64,000 nt of DNA from an uncultured Clostridia bacterium (GTDB lineage Bacteria > Bacillota > Clostridia > Christensenellales > UBA1242), in NCBI GenBank assembly GCA_937893125.1, contig CALBHW010000038.1, positions 1,247 to 65,246 on the forward strand, given 5' to 3'. The notes beneath the pieces are model-generated. The model saw only the letters and a list, made by a program, of their open reading frames with translations, did no database searches and was not told the DNA's origin. Positions within the stretch are counted from its first letter, which is position 1. Each line of letters opens with the position of its first letter. Made by a program: the position numbers and the translations under genes. Shown one piece after another: positions 50,634 to 60,896 of the stretch.

Positions 50634-51356
50634 ATGGAAAAAGAAAAGGTGGAAAAAATTAGAAAAAGCCTACTTGGCATTTCTCTATCGTCACTTGTTA
50701 TTGTGTGCTTGATGTGCGTGTTGGCGGTTTTTAGAGTGCCAATATTTAGTGGAATTCCGCTAAGAATATTGCTTTGCCTAAGTGCAATTTGCGTCGCGAG
50801 CGGGCTTACACTCAGTGAAATGATTGTTATTCACAAGAACAAAATTTTAGGTTTCATAGGGCTTGGACTTCTTGGACTTTCGACAATTTTAGCCATCATT
50901 TGCTTTTGTTCAAATTTGCTTGTTACCTACACGGTTTACAATAGAATCACTGGCATTGTCGCGATTTTAAGTGTCGCTTACACGGGCGCGCTTGTCGTTT
51001 ATAGTAGGCTCGGGCGACATCTTCTTTGGTTACAAATTGTAACATATTTCGCGATAGGTTTATGGACTGGATTTATCGTCCTAATAATTGCGGGACGCCC
51101 AATTTTGGAAGCGCCTATGATGCTTCAAACATTTATTGTTGTTTGCATTGTGTGCCTTGGCTCGTTTGTCGCGTGCAACATTATTGGCGTGAGATTAAAA
51201 GGCGGGGACGAAGAACTTTCAAAAGTGGGCATTCAAATGGTGAAAATTGAAAAGACCGAACTTGATAACCTTAAAATGCAAATTTCTTCACTTCAAGACG
51301 AAAACGTTTTTTTAAAGAAAGAAATTGAAACACTAAAAAACAAAAATGGAGACTAA
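50634..51356 (+). CDS. Polytopic membrane protein with C-terminal coiled coil
   Basis: 240 aa, about 6 TM segments. The tail ELDNLKMQISSLQDENVFLKKEIETLKNK is a heptad-like coiled coil. Its stop abuts the next ATG. Confidence 0.6.
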   Translation: MEKEKVEKIRKSLLGISLSSLVIVCLMCVLAVFRVPIFSGIPLRILLCLSAICVASGLTLSEMIVIHKNKILGFIGLGLLGLSTILAIICFCSNLLVTYTVYNRITGIVAILSVAYTGALVVYSRLGRHLLWLQIVTYFAIGLWTGFIVLIIAGRPILEAPMMLQTFIVVCIVCLGSFVACNIIGVRLKGGDEELSKVGIQMVKIEKTELDNLKMQISSLQDENVFLKKEIETLKNKNGD

Positions 51357-54092
51357 ATGAAAAAACTTTTTACAAAAATAACGCTAGTTTTGCTACTTTT
51401 ATGCGGTTTTGTGACCGTTTTTGGCGGACAAAAAGCGTTCGCGAGCGCTAAGAGTAGTAGCAAAGAAGTTACGACTTATTATGACCAACTTGGCTACAAA
51501 AGTATGGTGATTTATGACGCAATTTCTGAAATGCATAGTGGCGGACTGCTAAAAGAAAATGGCGAAAAAGAAGTAAGCGACGCCGTATCGCGCGGTTCAA
51601 TTAAAGATTATCAAAGTGGGGACAATTCCTTGCTTAAATATTTCGCGTACGCACGAGACGCTTATTATCTTGACCACCCAGAACTCTTTTATATTGATTT
51701 TGACAACCTTTCTATTGGGATGTATTTAAAGGACGGCGAATATCTTGCTTATATAAACAGCGGAAGAACGGGAAGTTACTACATCGACGGCGGATTTACG
51801 ACCAAGTCGTCCATTGAGACCGCTGAGAATGCTTTAAATAATGTTGTGACAAATTATGTTTCTCAAATTAACGCGTCAGTAGACGCTGGCGAAAAAGACG
51901 AAAAAGTAATTTTTGAAAGCAAGGTCAGAAAAGCAAACGAACTTCTTTCAACCAAAGTTTCATATAGTTTTGAGGCTTCCAACCAAGTCACTGCGCCACA
52001 CATTAGGACAGCATACGGCGCTCTTGTAAACGAAAGAGCCGTGTGCGAAGGTTTTGCTCGCGCGTTTAAACTCCTTATGGATAAAGTTGGTATTGACTGT
52101 CAAGTAGTCATCGGCTACTACAAAAATGGAGATAATTACGAGCCGCACGCTTGGAATTTGGTGCGCTTTAAAAAACAATGGTACCTTGTCGACTCGACTT
52201 TTAATTCAAACGCGTCAGACAAAAATACTTATACACTTTTAGGTGCGGAGTCGACGGACAATTATGTCGAAGATGTTGTTGTGTCAAGTACAGATATTAA
52301 GTTTAGCGCGCCAACACTTGCGACATTTAATTTTGGAATGGACGAAGTTATTACGAGTGTTGAAACAAAGAAAAATAACGGCGTTCCTTATCAAATTGTT
52401 AATTATTCATATGACGATAAAAACGCGGAAGAACTTGAAAAAGACGGGTTGTATGTTGTCATACGACATCATCACGTGAATGGAAGCGAGTATAAGTGGA
52501 CGGATATTTACGCAGTTTATAAGCTATATCCAAAGTTTTTTACCTTTACTGACAAAATTTACGATGTGCAATTTTTTGTAGTGACGGAAGCACCAACTAC
52601 AGATCAAGATTACGGAAAGTACGACAAAACCCTTGACCAGTTGTCAAAAGAAGGGAAAGTTGTCGCACAAAGTGCGGTTGTAGTAAATGATTTCTATAAC
52701 GAGAATTCAATTATTCCACTAGCAAGAAAAATCACGCCTAATAACTCGGGAAGGTACAACGCTGAAGAACCACTTGAAATTTCCGTCGTTTATGATATGG
52801 ATTTATCAAAAGTTGACGAGACAAAAGATGTCAAAATCAATGTAACAACCATAAAATATGGCGATATGTCAGCATGTACAAAAGTTGAGAATGTTGTTTT
52901 TAATAAAAGAGAAAACGAAATTTCTTTCAAGTTTACGCCAAGTTTATATTATGCGCACGACGCTTTAACCTACTATTTTAAAATTGAAAATGTGGGCGCA
53001 ACACTAAACAGCACAGCGCCACATCCAGTTTCTTTTAATTTTCAAAGGAAATGGTCGGTTTGCTCCAAAGTTTACGACGGCGGAAGGCTTTATATGAATG
53101 TTTTTGGCGAGCCAGTTTTGATTGACAATAAAGATTTATCTGTAGTAAATTTCCAAGACGAAAAAGGCAACTTTTATGCGGAAAGCCAAAGAAGTCAATT
53201 GGTGCTTGTTGCATCCAAAGCAACCGAACAAATTTCAGGCGCTATGGAGGATGCAGTTAAAGACATCTTGAATGTTGAAAAACTTGTGACAAGTGCCACT
53301 TACGAACTCGACCTTCACATTTGTGGAACAGTTGCAAAAATTCCTAGCGGGTCGTATTTGCGTCTTGCTTTTGGTTTCCCAGAAGGTTTTTCAAAGGACA
53401 ACGCGGGCGTAACTTTTAAGGTCTATCACTACAAAAAGGACGCGGACGGGGACATTATTCCAAGTGAGACGGAAGAAATCCCTTGCGTTGTAACTGAATA
53501 CGGAATTGTGGCAATTGTAAATAGTTTTAGTCCTTTTGCAATTGTCGGCGTCAAAACGGAAGATTTGCCAGCGACTGAAAACGCGCCAAAGAGTATTTAT
53601 TCCTATGTAACCGCGGGAAATGGAAGTATTTTTTCAACAATTGATGGTGTCGGGACGGACGCAATTGCAAGTGTTGAAAGTGGCAAAAAAATAACATACA
53701 CATTCCTTCCAGGAGCAAACGAAAAGATTGATTATGTTTTGCTTAACCAAACAATAGTTGAAGTCACTGACGACACTGTTGAAATTGATTACGAAGATTT
53801 GAGTGATAACTCCGTTTTGCAAGTTGCGTTTGTAGATAAAGATGTTGCAAAAAGAGAAACGGAAAGTGGACTCGTAAACCTAAATGTGACATTTGCGCAA
53901 AACGAAAAAGTTAATTATAGTTTGCATGTGTCAAATGTTTTTACAATTAGGCTTATTATTGCGATGATTGTTGTTTTGATTGCGATTGGGGTTGTTGGAC
54001 TTATTACAATTAAGTTGCAAAACAAGAAAAAGAAAGCATATCTCGACGCACAAAATGGTGATAAAAACAAAAACGAAAAGGAGAAAAAATGA
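51357..54092 (+). CDS. Transglutaminase-like (Cys-His-Asp core) surface protein, 911 aa, C-terminal TM anchor
   Basis: Signal peptide ..GGQKAFA. Core ERAVCEGFARAFKLLMDKVGID...EPHAWNLV...WYLVDSTF. C-terminal TM plus KKKK tail. Confidence 0.8.
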   Translation: MKKLFTKITLVLLLLCGFVTVFGGQKAFASAKSSSKEVTTYYDQLGYKSMVIYDAISEMHSGGLLKENGEKEVSDAVSRGSIKDYQSGDNSLLKYFAYARDAYYLDHPELFYIDFDNLSIGMYLKDGEYLAYINSGRTGSYYIDGGFTTKSSIETAENALNNVVTNYVSQINASVDAGEKDEKVIFESKVRKANELLSTKVSYSFEASNQVTAPHIRTAYGALVNERAVCEGFARAFKLLMDKVGIDCQVVIGYYKNGDNYEPHAWNLVRFKKQWYLVDSTFNSNASDKNTYTLLGAESTDNYVEDVVVSSTDIKFSAPTLATFNFGMDEVITSVETKKNNGVPYQIVNYSYDDKNAEELEKDGLYVVIRHHHVNGSEYKWTDIYAVYKLYPKFFTFTDKIYDVQFFVVTEAPTTDQDYGKYDKTLDQLSKEGKVVAQSAVVVNDFYNENSIIPLARKITPNNSGRYNAEEPLEISVVYDMDLSKVDETKDVKINVTTIKYGDMSACTKVENVVFNKRENEISFKFTPSLYYAHDALTYYFKIENVGATLNSTAPHPVSFNFQRKWSVCSKVYDGGRLYMNVFGEPVLIDNKDLSVVNFQDEKGNFYAESQRSQLVLVASKATEQISGAMEDAVKDILNVEKLVTSATYELDLHICGTVAKIPSGSYLRLAFGFPEGFSKDNAGVTFKVYHYKKDADGDIIPSETEEIPCVVTEYGIVAIVNSFSPFAIVGVKTEDLPATENAPKSIYSYVTAGNGSIFSTIDGVGTDAIASVESGKKITYTFLPGANEKIDYVLLNQTIVEVTDDTVEIDYEDLSDNSVLQVAFVDKDVAKRETESGLVNLNVTFAQNEKVNYSLHVSNVFTIRLIIAMIVVLIAIGVVGLITIKLQNKKKKAYLDAQNGDKNKNEKEKK

Positions 54093-55363
54093 AATTAACG
54101 GCAGAAGAAAAAGCAATTTTAGCGGGGAAGGAAGGCGAGACAAAGGCTAAAATTTTAAAGACTCTTGTTGAGTTTGGCGATGTTTTTGGCGCGGAAAAAT
54201 TTGTGCCTGTTACAACTTGCGGACACCTTGTCACATCATTCGGAATTGGACTACTTAAACCAGTTTATAGGATTATGGACGAGATTATTGACGCGGGACT
54301 TAAAACACCTTATCCATTTACGGTCGACCCTAGACCTATTGACTATCAAAATGTCAAATGCGGACCACTTAACAAATTGATTTTCAGCAAAATAATGTAC
54401 AGCGAGCAAAAACATTATGAAGAGCAACTAAGAAAAATTGGTTTAAAGGACGGCAAATCGTTTACTTGTACTTGCTATCTAAAAGAAGTGGGGAACACAC
54501 CAAAATATGGAGACGTCTTGTCATGGGCGGAAAGTAGCGCAGTTGTTTTTGCAAACTCCGTTTTGGGCGCAAGGTGCAACAGAAATAGTGGAATGCTCGA
54601 TATATTTGGGTCACTTCTCGGGCGCGTCCCTAAATTTGGGCTTTTGACGGACGAGGGAAGACGCGCAACGTGGATTATCGAAGTTAAAACGAAGAAACTC
54701 CCAGAAGCGCAAATTTTAGGTAGTGCAATCGGGATGAAAGTTATGGAAGCAGTGCCTTATGTTAAAGGGCTAGATAAATTTTTGGGCACGGAACTTACGG
54801 ACGATGTTGTGTCTTACTTAAAAGATTTTGGTGCGGCAACGGCTTCAAATGGCGCGGTTGGACTTTATCACATTGAAAATTTGACCCCTGAAGCAAAGAA
54901 ACTTGGGGACAAAATTATCGCTGAAAAAACAAAAAAATATGTCATTGACGATAAAGAACTTGAAAGAATTTACAACAGTTATCCAGTTATGTGGAAAAAC
55001 AAAAACGCAAAGCCAAGGATTTGCTTTATTGGTTGCCCACATTTGACTTACTCACAACTTTTATCTTGGACGAAAAAACTTGAAGAAGGTTTTAATGCGT
55101 CGGGAAGAAAAAAAGTTGCTCTTAGAACCATTATGACAACATCGCCAAATGTTTTGGACGAGTTTAAAAAGACGGAAGAATATAAAAAACTATTGTCTTA
55201 TGGCGTTAAATTTTCGTCTATTTGTCCACTTATGTACACAAACAATCCAATAGCGGGCGGAAAACCTATTATAACAAACAGTAACAAACTTAGGACATAT
55301 TCAAAGTCGCGTTATTATAAAGACGACGACATCGTCAAAATTATTTGCGGGGGTGAAAAGTAA
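54089..55363 (+). CDS. Aconitase X catalytic (large) subunit, DUF521
   Basis: 424 aa. MKLTAEEKAILAGKEGE...AEKFVPVTTCGHLV.. is typical of the DUF521/AcnX N-terminus. ATGA overlap with the upstream gene. Confidence 0.75.
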   Translation: MKLTAEEKAILAGKEGETKAKILKTLVEFGDVFGAEKFVPVTTCGHLVTSFGIGLLKPVYRIMDEIIDAGLKTPYPFTVDPRPIDYQNVKCGPLNKLIFSKIMYSEQKHYEEQLRKIGLKDGKSFTCTCYLKEVGNTPKYGDVLSWAESSAVVFANSVLGARCNRNSGMLDIFGSLLGRVPKFGLLTDEGRRATWIIEVKTKKLPEAQILGSAIGMKVMEAVPYVKGLDKFLGTELTDDVVSYLKDFGAATASNGAVGLYHIENLTPEAKKLGDKIIAEKTKKYVIDDKELERIYNSYPVMWKNKNAKPRICFIGCPHLTYSQLLSWTKKLEEGFNASGRKKVALRTIMTTSPNVLDEFKKTEEYKKLLSYGVKFSSICPLMYTNNPIAGGKPIITNSNKLRTYSKSRYYKDDDIVKIICGGEK

Positions 55364-55806
55364 TGAAAACTTTTAAAGGAAGAGTTATTTGTAAAGGAAC
55401 ATATGAAGGGGAAGCGATTGTTTCCCGCCAAGGACTAAACACACTCGCTACATTTCAAAAATCAGCGCTTAAAAATGCAAAAAAGGTGATTGGCTCTGAC
55501 CAAAACAATCCTGATGTTTACGGCAAAAATTTGACAGGCGTTGCGCTCATTTTGCCACAAACAATAGGCTCAACAACGGGCGGTCTTGTTATTCAAACAA
55601 TTTGCCAAATGGGAATCAACCCATCGGCAATGCTTTTTAGTGAAGAGATAGATTCGCTCGCCGCAAGTGGTGTTATTCTCGCCAAAAACTGGGAAAACTC
55701 CAAAATTATCGCAATTGATAAGTTGGGAAGCAAAATCCTAAGCGAAATAAAGTCGGGCGACAAAATTCGCGTTGACGAGGACGGAACAGTCACGCTTCTT
55801 GACTAA
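55363..55806 (+). CDS. Aconitase X swivel (small) subunit, DUF126
   Basis: 147 aa. F.GRVICKG..EGEAIVS...L..... and ILPQTIGSTTGG resemble DUF126. TAATG overlap with the large subunit. Confidence 0.7.
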   Translation: MKTFKGRVICKGTYEGEAIVSRQGLNTLATFQKSALKNAKKVIGSDQNNPDVYGKNLTGVALILPQTIGSTTGGLVIQTICQMGINPSAMLFSEEIDSLAASGVILAKNWENSKIIAIDKLGSKILSEIKSGDKIRVDEDGTVTLLD

Positions 55807-56125
55807 AATATTTTATTTTTGTTTAATAAATAAAATTGTAATTTTGTTTTTAACACTTTATTTGAAAATATTTTGAAAAATGTATGTAAAAAATAGATTT
55901 AATTTATTTCTATTTTAAAACACTAAACAATAAAGGCACTTACATTTTGTAGATGCCTTTTATTTTATCGAATTAAAAATATATAGTATAATTTTTATGT
56001 AGAAATATCATCTAGTTAATTTGCTAAAAGATAGGTTTATTTTGTTCCTATTTTAAACATTAAAAAAGACACTTGCTAAAAACAAGTGCCTTTTGCTTTT
56101 AAAATATCAATTATTTTTTATTTTA

Positions 56126-58177
56126 TTACAATCTTGTTGCAACATCCCAAGCACGCCAAATGACCGTTCTAAGATTGCCCACGCGTTTTGCGTCGCCGAC
56201 GATATGGATATTGCCCGATTCTTCACAAAGTGGGGCGGAGTTGTAGCCAATGCAAGTAATAACGTCGTCAGCCTTAATTTTGTGTGTTTCGCCATCTTTT
56301 GTTTCGACTTCGACTGCTTTATCACTTATTTTTGTGAGTTTACTTTCAAGATAAACTGGTGTTTTCTTGTGTCTAAAGTAGTCTCTTAAGAAAGACGAAT
56401 TTGCAAGGCAAAGTCCCGACACTGCCATAAGGTCATCTTTTGCTTCAACTATTGTAGGTTTTTTGCCTTTTAAAATAAGGTCATATGCGATTTCGCAACC
56501 TGTAAGTCCACCGCCAATGATAACGACATTGTCGCCCACTTCTTTTCCTTTCAAATAGTCGATTGCATCAAGACATCTTTCCGCACCTTCCAACCTAAGT
56601 TTTCTAGGAGTTGAGCCAGTTGCGATGACATATTCGTCCGCTGGAATTTCGCACAAATCAGTCACTTTTGTGTTGAATTTGATTTCAATGCCGAGTTCTT
56701 TCATTTGCCTATCGTACCATTTAAGAAGTTGTCTATCTTTTTCCTTAAAACTAGGTGCTGCCGCTGGCACAAAAACTCCGCCAAGAGAGTTGCTTTTTTC
56801 ATAAATTGTGACTTTATGTCCGCGAAGAGTCGCAACACGCGCAACTTCCATTCCACCGATACCACCGCCGATAACCGCGATAGTCTTTTTCTTTTTAGCC
56901 ATTTCGTAGTCGTATTTCCCGCCGTCCATTGTTTGTGGATTTAAGGCACATCTTGCCATATGCGAAGAATCTTCCATTGTCGCGTCGCACGCAACGCCTT
57001 TATAGTGCGCCATAGGGAAGCACGCGTTGTGGCAACAAATACAAGGCATAATATCTTCCAAGCGATCTTCTTTAAGTTTACTTACCCAGTGTGGGTCTGT
57101 CAAAAATTGTCTTGCAACGCCCATAGCGTCGATTTGACCATCCTTTATTGCTTTTGATGCAGTACCCGCTTCCATTCTTCCCGCGCAAACGACTGGAATG
57201 TCGCAAAATTGTTTAATGTGCGCGACATCTTCAAGGTTGCAGTTTTGTGGCATATACGCTGGTGGGTGAGCCCAGTACCAAGCATCGTATGTGCCGTTGT
57301 CGGTGTTAAGCATATCGTATCCCGCGTCTTGAAGATATTTAACTGCTTTTTCGCTTTCCTTCATGTCTCTTCCGACTTCTTTGTACTTTTCGCCAGGAAC
57401 AGCCCCTTCGCAGAACCCTTTTGTCTTGCTGACCGCGGAATATCTAAGAGAAACAGGGTAGTCCTCTCCGCATTCCTTTTTGATAGCCTTTACGATTTCG
57501 ACAGCAAATCTATACCTATTTTCAAAACTTCCGCCGTACTCGTCGTCACGATTGTTTGTATAAGGAAGGGTAAATTGGTCAAGCAAATATCCTTCGTGAA
57601 CAGCGTGGATTTCCACCCCGTCAACACCCGCTTCTTTGCATTTTTTTGCGGTCTTAGCAAATCCGTCAATCATATCCAAAATCTCTTGTTTTGTAAGCGC
57701 TCTACACTTGTAACCCGCGAGCCACCTTGAAGGAAGTTCGCTTGGCGAAGCGGTGAGCCTGTCGATGTCGATAATTGGTTTTAGCATTCCACGCAAAAAT
57801 TTCTTTTTTGCAATCCCAGCAAGCGATTGTGGAATGGAAAACGACCTACCAAATCCTGCCGTAAGTTGCACAAAAAGTTTTGCGCCTGTTTTATGGATTT
57901 CTTCCATATATGGTTTAAGTTTTTTAAAAGCACCATTTGCTTTATATAGCCACCTATTTCCAATCATATTGCGGATAGGTGCAATTCCAGGAATAATAAG
58001 CCCCGCGTCGTGGCGAGCAAGGTCAAGGAAAAAATCTCCCGCGTCCTTGTCAAAGTGGTGAGGCTCCATCCACCCAAAAAGAGAAGTTCCGCCCATAGGA
58101 CAAACGACAATTCTATTTTTGATTTCGACATTGCCGATTTTCCAAGGCGTGAACAATGGTTCATAAACTTTATTCAT
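56126..58177 (-). CDS. OYE-type NADH:flavin oxidoreductase fused to FAD/NAD(P) domain (2-enoate / 2,4-dienoyl-CoA reductase family)
   Basis: 683 aa. N-terminal LFTPWKIGNVEIKNRIVVCPMG, HAVHEGYLLDQF, Fe-S Cys cluster CICCHNAC...C, then dinucleotide folds VIGGGIGG and IIGGGLTGCE. Confidence 0.88.
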   Translation of the reverse strand: MNKVYEPLFTPWKIGNVEIKNRIVVCPMGGTSLFGWMEPHHFDKDAGDFFLDLARHDAGLIIPGIAPIRNMIGNRWLYKANGAFKKLKPYMEEIHKTGAKLFVQLTAGFGRSFSIPQSLAGIAKKKFLRGMLKPIIDIDRLTASPSELPSRWLAGYKCRALTKQEILDMIDGFAKTAKKCKEAGVDGVEIHAVHEGYLLDQFTLPYTNNRDDEYGGSFENRYRFAVEIVKAIKKECGEDYPVSLRYSAVSKTKGFCEGAVPGEKYKEVGRDMKESEKAVKYLQDAGYDMLNTDNGTYDAWYWAHPPAYMPQNCNLEDVAHIKQFCDIPVVCAGRMEAGTASKAIKDGQIDAMGVARQFLTDPHWVSKLKEDRLEDIMPCICCHNACFPMAHYKGVACDATMEDSSHMARCALNPQTMDGGKYDYEMAKKKKTIAVIGGGIGGMEVARVATLRGHKVTIYEKSNSLGGVFVPAAAPSFKEKDRQLLKWYDRQMKELGIEIKFNTKVTDLCEIPADEYVIATGSTPRKLRLEGAERCLDAIDYLKGKEVGDNVVIIGGGLTGCEIAYDLILKGKKPTIVEAKDDLMAVSGLCLANSSFLRDYFRHKKTPVYLESKLTKISDKAVEVETKDGETHKIKADDVITCIGYNSAPLCEESGNIHIVGDAKRVGNLRTVIWRAWDVATRL

Positions 58178-58479
58178 ATTTACCCCCTAGTTATTAAATA
58201 TATTGTGTAAAATTTCTCAAAAAAAGTCAAATAATATAAAGAAATATTTATTTTTGTGTTAAAAACATAGGTTTTGTCGTTTTTTTTGTGTTAAAAGAAA
58301 AACACAGTGGCACATTTTGCATAAAAAGAGTGGACTTAAAGCGTATTTTTATAGTAAAGCTTTTAAGAATATCACCACTTAAAAAATTCTCGACATTATC
58401 CACATTTTGACAAAAAATGTTAATAAAAAGGCTTATACTTTGGGCTAGAAAATGATTTTTTATAAGATTAAACGACCTT

Positions 58480-58515
58480 TTAAAAAAAACAAAAAAAGGA
58501 GAAAATAATCTCCTT
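58480..58515 (-). terminator. Rho-independent terminator after the GT2 gene (minus strand)
   Basis: Minus strand: aaggaga-ttattt-tctcctt followed by ttttttgtttttttt. Confidence 0.8.
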
Positions 58516-58623
58516 TTACTTACGATATGTCAAAAATTTATAACTTTAAAAATATAAAACTTTTTTTACTTCAAGTGGTTTTATAGATGTAAAAATTTCT
58601 TACTTTTTTATTTAATGCGTTTA

Positions 58624-59574
58624 TCAATGTAAAAATAGTAGTATTAGTCCAAAAAGTAGAGAGCCACATCTTCTAAACGAAGAATAAAATTTTTGTTGTT
58701 TTTTGTATTCGGGATGAAGAGATTTCGCGAGCCTTTTTAGTTTTTTAACTTCATCTTTTAATTTTAGTGAGTGAGCGTAGTAAATAAATTGCAATAAAAC
58801 AAGGAATGTCCAACTATCAATTCGTGAGTTTAATAAATCGTTATATTCGCCTATTTCTTCTAATTTTAGACCTTTCAATTTGTCAAATATACAAACATTG
58901 TTGTAGTATTTGTCGAGTGAGCAAGACATTGAAGAGAGTGAGCCTTTTGTTTTTATGTAGTGATAAAGCCTTTTTGTCGTATGAACGACCGATTTTCCGT
59001 CGCAAAGAGCAAGGTAGTTATAAAGGAATAAAAAGTCTTCGCCCGTTCGTTGACTTTCGTCAAATTGTATTTGTTTTACAAGGTCAAGCAAAAATAGTTT
59101 ATTAGCGCACAAAACGAAGCAACTTTTGTCCGAAAAAATGTTGCATAGTCCCATTTTGTTATCAAATTTGGTGACTTTGAACTTTTTATCGTTAATGTAC
59201 CTATGATTTCTATATTCGTACTTGTGCCCGCATGAAGTCAAGCAGACATCGTCATCATACATCGATAGAAGTGTTGACAAATAGTCTTTTTCAACCCAGT
59301 CGTCGCAGTCGATAAAACAAATGTATTTTCCTTGCGCCAGCCTAATGCCCGCATTTCGAGCCTTCGAAACCCCGCCATTTTCTTCTTTATCGATAAACTT
59401 TATGCGCGTGTCGCGAGCCATATATTCTTGAATGACCTTTTTTGAGTTGTCTTTTGACGCGTCGTTAACTACAATTATTTCAAAATCTTGATAGTCTTGC
59501 TCTAAAAGCGAATCCAGACATTGCGAAAGATATTTTTCGCCGTTATAGACTGGAATGACAATCGAAATATTCAT
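58624..59574 (-). CDS. Glycosyltransferase family 2
   Basis: ATG at 59574. MNISIVIPVYNGEKYLSQCLDSLL.Q.Y.DFEIIVVNDASKD...NGGVSKARNAG...FIDCDD. Confidence 0.9.
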   Translation of the reverse strand: MNISIVIPVYNGEKYLSQCLDSLLEQDYQDFEIIVVNDASKDNSKKVIQEYMARDTRIKFIDKEENGGVSKARNAGIRLAQGKYICFIDCDDWVEKDYLSTLLSMYDDDVCLTSCGHKYEYRNHRYINDKKFKVTKFDNKMGLCNIFSDKSCFVLCANKLFLLDLVKQIQFDESQRTGEDFLFLYNYLALCDGKSVVHTTKRLYHYIKTKGSLSSMSCSLDKYYNNVCIFDKLKGLKLEEIGEYNDLLNSRIDSWTFLVLLQFIYYAHSLKLKDEVKKLKRLAKSLHPEYKKQQKFYSSFRRCGSLLFGLILLFLH

Positions 59575-59752
59575 TTTTTCCCCCAAATGAAAGGTTAATA
59601 CATATATATTAACATTTCTCTATAAAAAAAACAAGGAAAAAACGCCATTATACAAATTTTGTGTTTCTTCTTGTTTAACTAAAATCAAGGATAAATCGTT
59701 TGTAGAAAAATTTTTTGTATGCTACAATAAAAGAAAAAGAAGGGGAAGAAAT

Positions 59753-60775
59753 ATGAAATTACTTTCAGTCGCAGTGCCTTGTTACAACTCGGCAGAGTAT
59801 ATGGATAAGTGCATTAAGACTCTTCTTAGTGGTGGCGAAGATATGGAAATTATCATCGTCGACGACGGCTCCACTAAGGATAACACCGCTGAAATCGCGG
59901 ATAATTATGCTAAGGAATATCCTTCAATAGTGAAGGTTATTCACCAAGAAAATGGCGGACACGGTGAAGGCGTTAATCAAGGGATGAGAAATGCAACGGG
60001 GCTTTACTACAAAGTTGTTGACTCTGACGACTGGGTAAACGAAGAGGCTCTTAAAAAGGTTTTGAACAAAATCAGGGAGTTTAAGGAAAACGACGCCCTT
60101 GTTGATATGATTTTATGCAACTATGTTTACGAGTACGCGGACGGCAAAAAGCCAAGGGTTGTAAATTATAAAAATGTTTTTCCAATCGACAAAGTTTTTG
60201 CCTTTGACGACGCGAAAAAGTTTAAAAAGTCGCAATTTATTGCAATGCACACGGTAATTTATAGGACTCAAATTTTAAAAGACATAAAGTTGGAACTTCC
60301 AAAACACACTTTTTATGTCGATAATATTTTTGTCTACACGCCACTTCCACATATTAACTCGATGTATTATATGAACGAAGATTTGTATAGATATTTTATC
60401 GGGCGCGCCGACCAAAGTGTAAACGAGAGCGTGATTATGAAGCGTATCGACCAACATTTAAGGGTGGCGGAAATTATTTTTAAGGCATATGATATAAGAG
60501 AAATTGAGAAAAAAAGCAAAAAACTTGCTCGTTATATGACCGACTATGTGTCGATTATGATGGGGATTACTTCCATTTTCCTTATTAAAATCGGAACAAA
60601 AGAAGCGCTTGAAAAGAAAAAAAATCTTTGGAACGAACTCAAAGAAAAAGACGCAAAATTATACAAAGATTGTAGACATAGAATTGAAGGTCTGACGGGA
60701 AGTAACTCAAAAATTTCAATGGGTTTTTGTAAATTTATTTATAATATCGCTAGAAAAATTTTAAAGTTTAACTAA
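59753..60775 (+). CDS. Glycosyltransferase family 2
   Basis: LSVAVPCYNSAEYMDKCI..LL.....MEIIIVDDGSTKD...ENGGHGEGVNQG...VVDSDDW. Confidence 0.88.
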   Translation: MKLLSVAVPCYNSAEYMDKCIKTLLSGGEDMEIIIVDDGSTKDNTAEIADNYAKEYPSIVKVIHQENGGHGEGVNQGMRNATGLYYKVVDSDDWVNEEALKKVLNKIREFKENDALVDMILCNYVYEYADGKKPRVVNYKNVFPIDKVFAFDDAKKFKKSQFIAMHTVIYRTQILKDIKLELPKHTFYVDNIFVYTPLPHINSMYYMNEDLYRYFIGRADQSVNESVIMKRIDQHLRVAEIIFKAYDIREIEKKSKKLARYMTDYVSIMMGITSIFLIKIGTKEALEKKKNLWNELKEKDAKLYKDCRHRIEGLTGSNSKISMGFCKFIYNIARKILKFN

Positions 60776-60896
60776 TTAAAAACCACTTTGTAACGCTCAA
60801 AAGTATAAACCCCGTGGCTTGAAATTTATTACAACATTTTGTTGCTTGGAAAAACGGGGGAAGTTAGTAGGGCGCTAAAAACAAAAAGGAGAAAAA

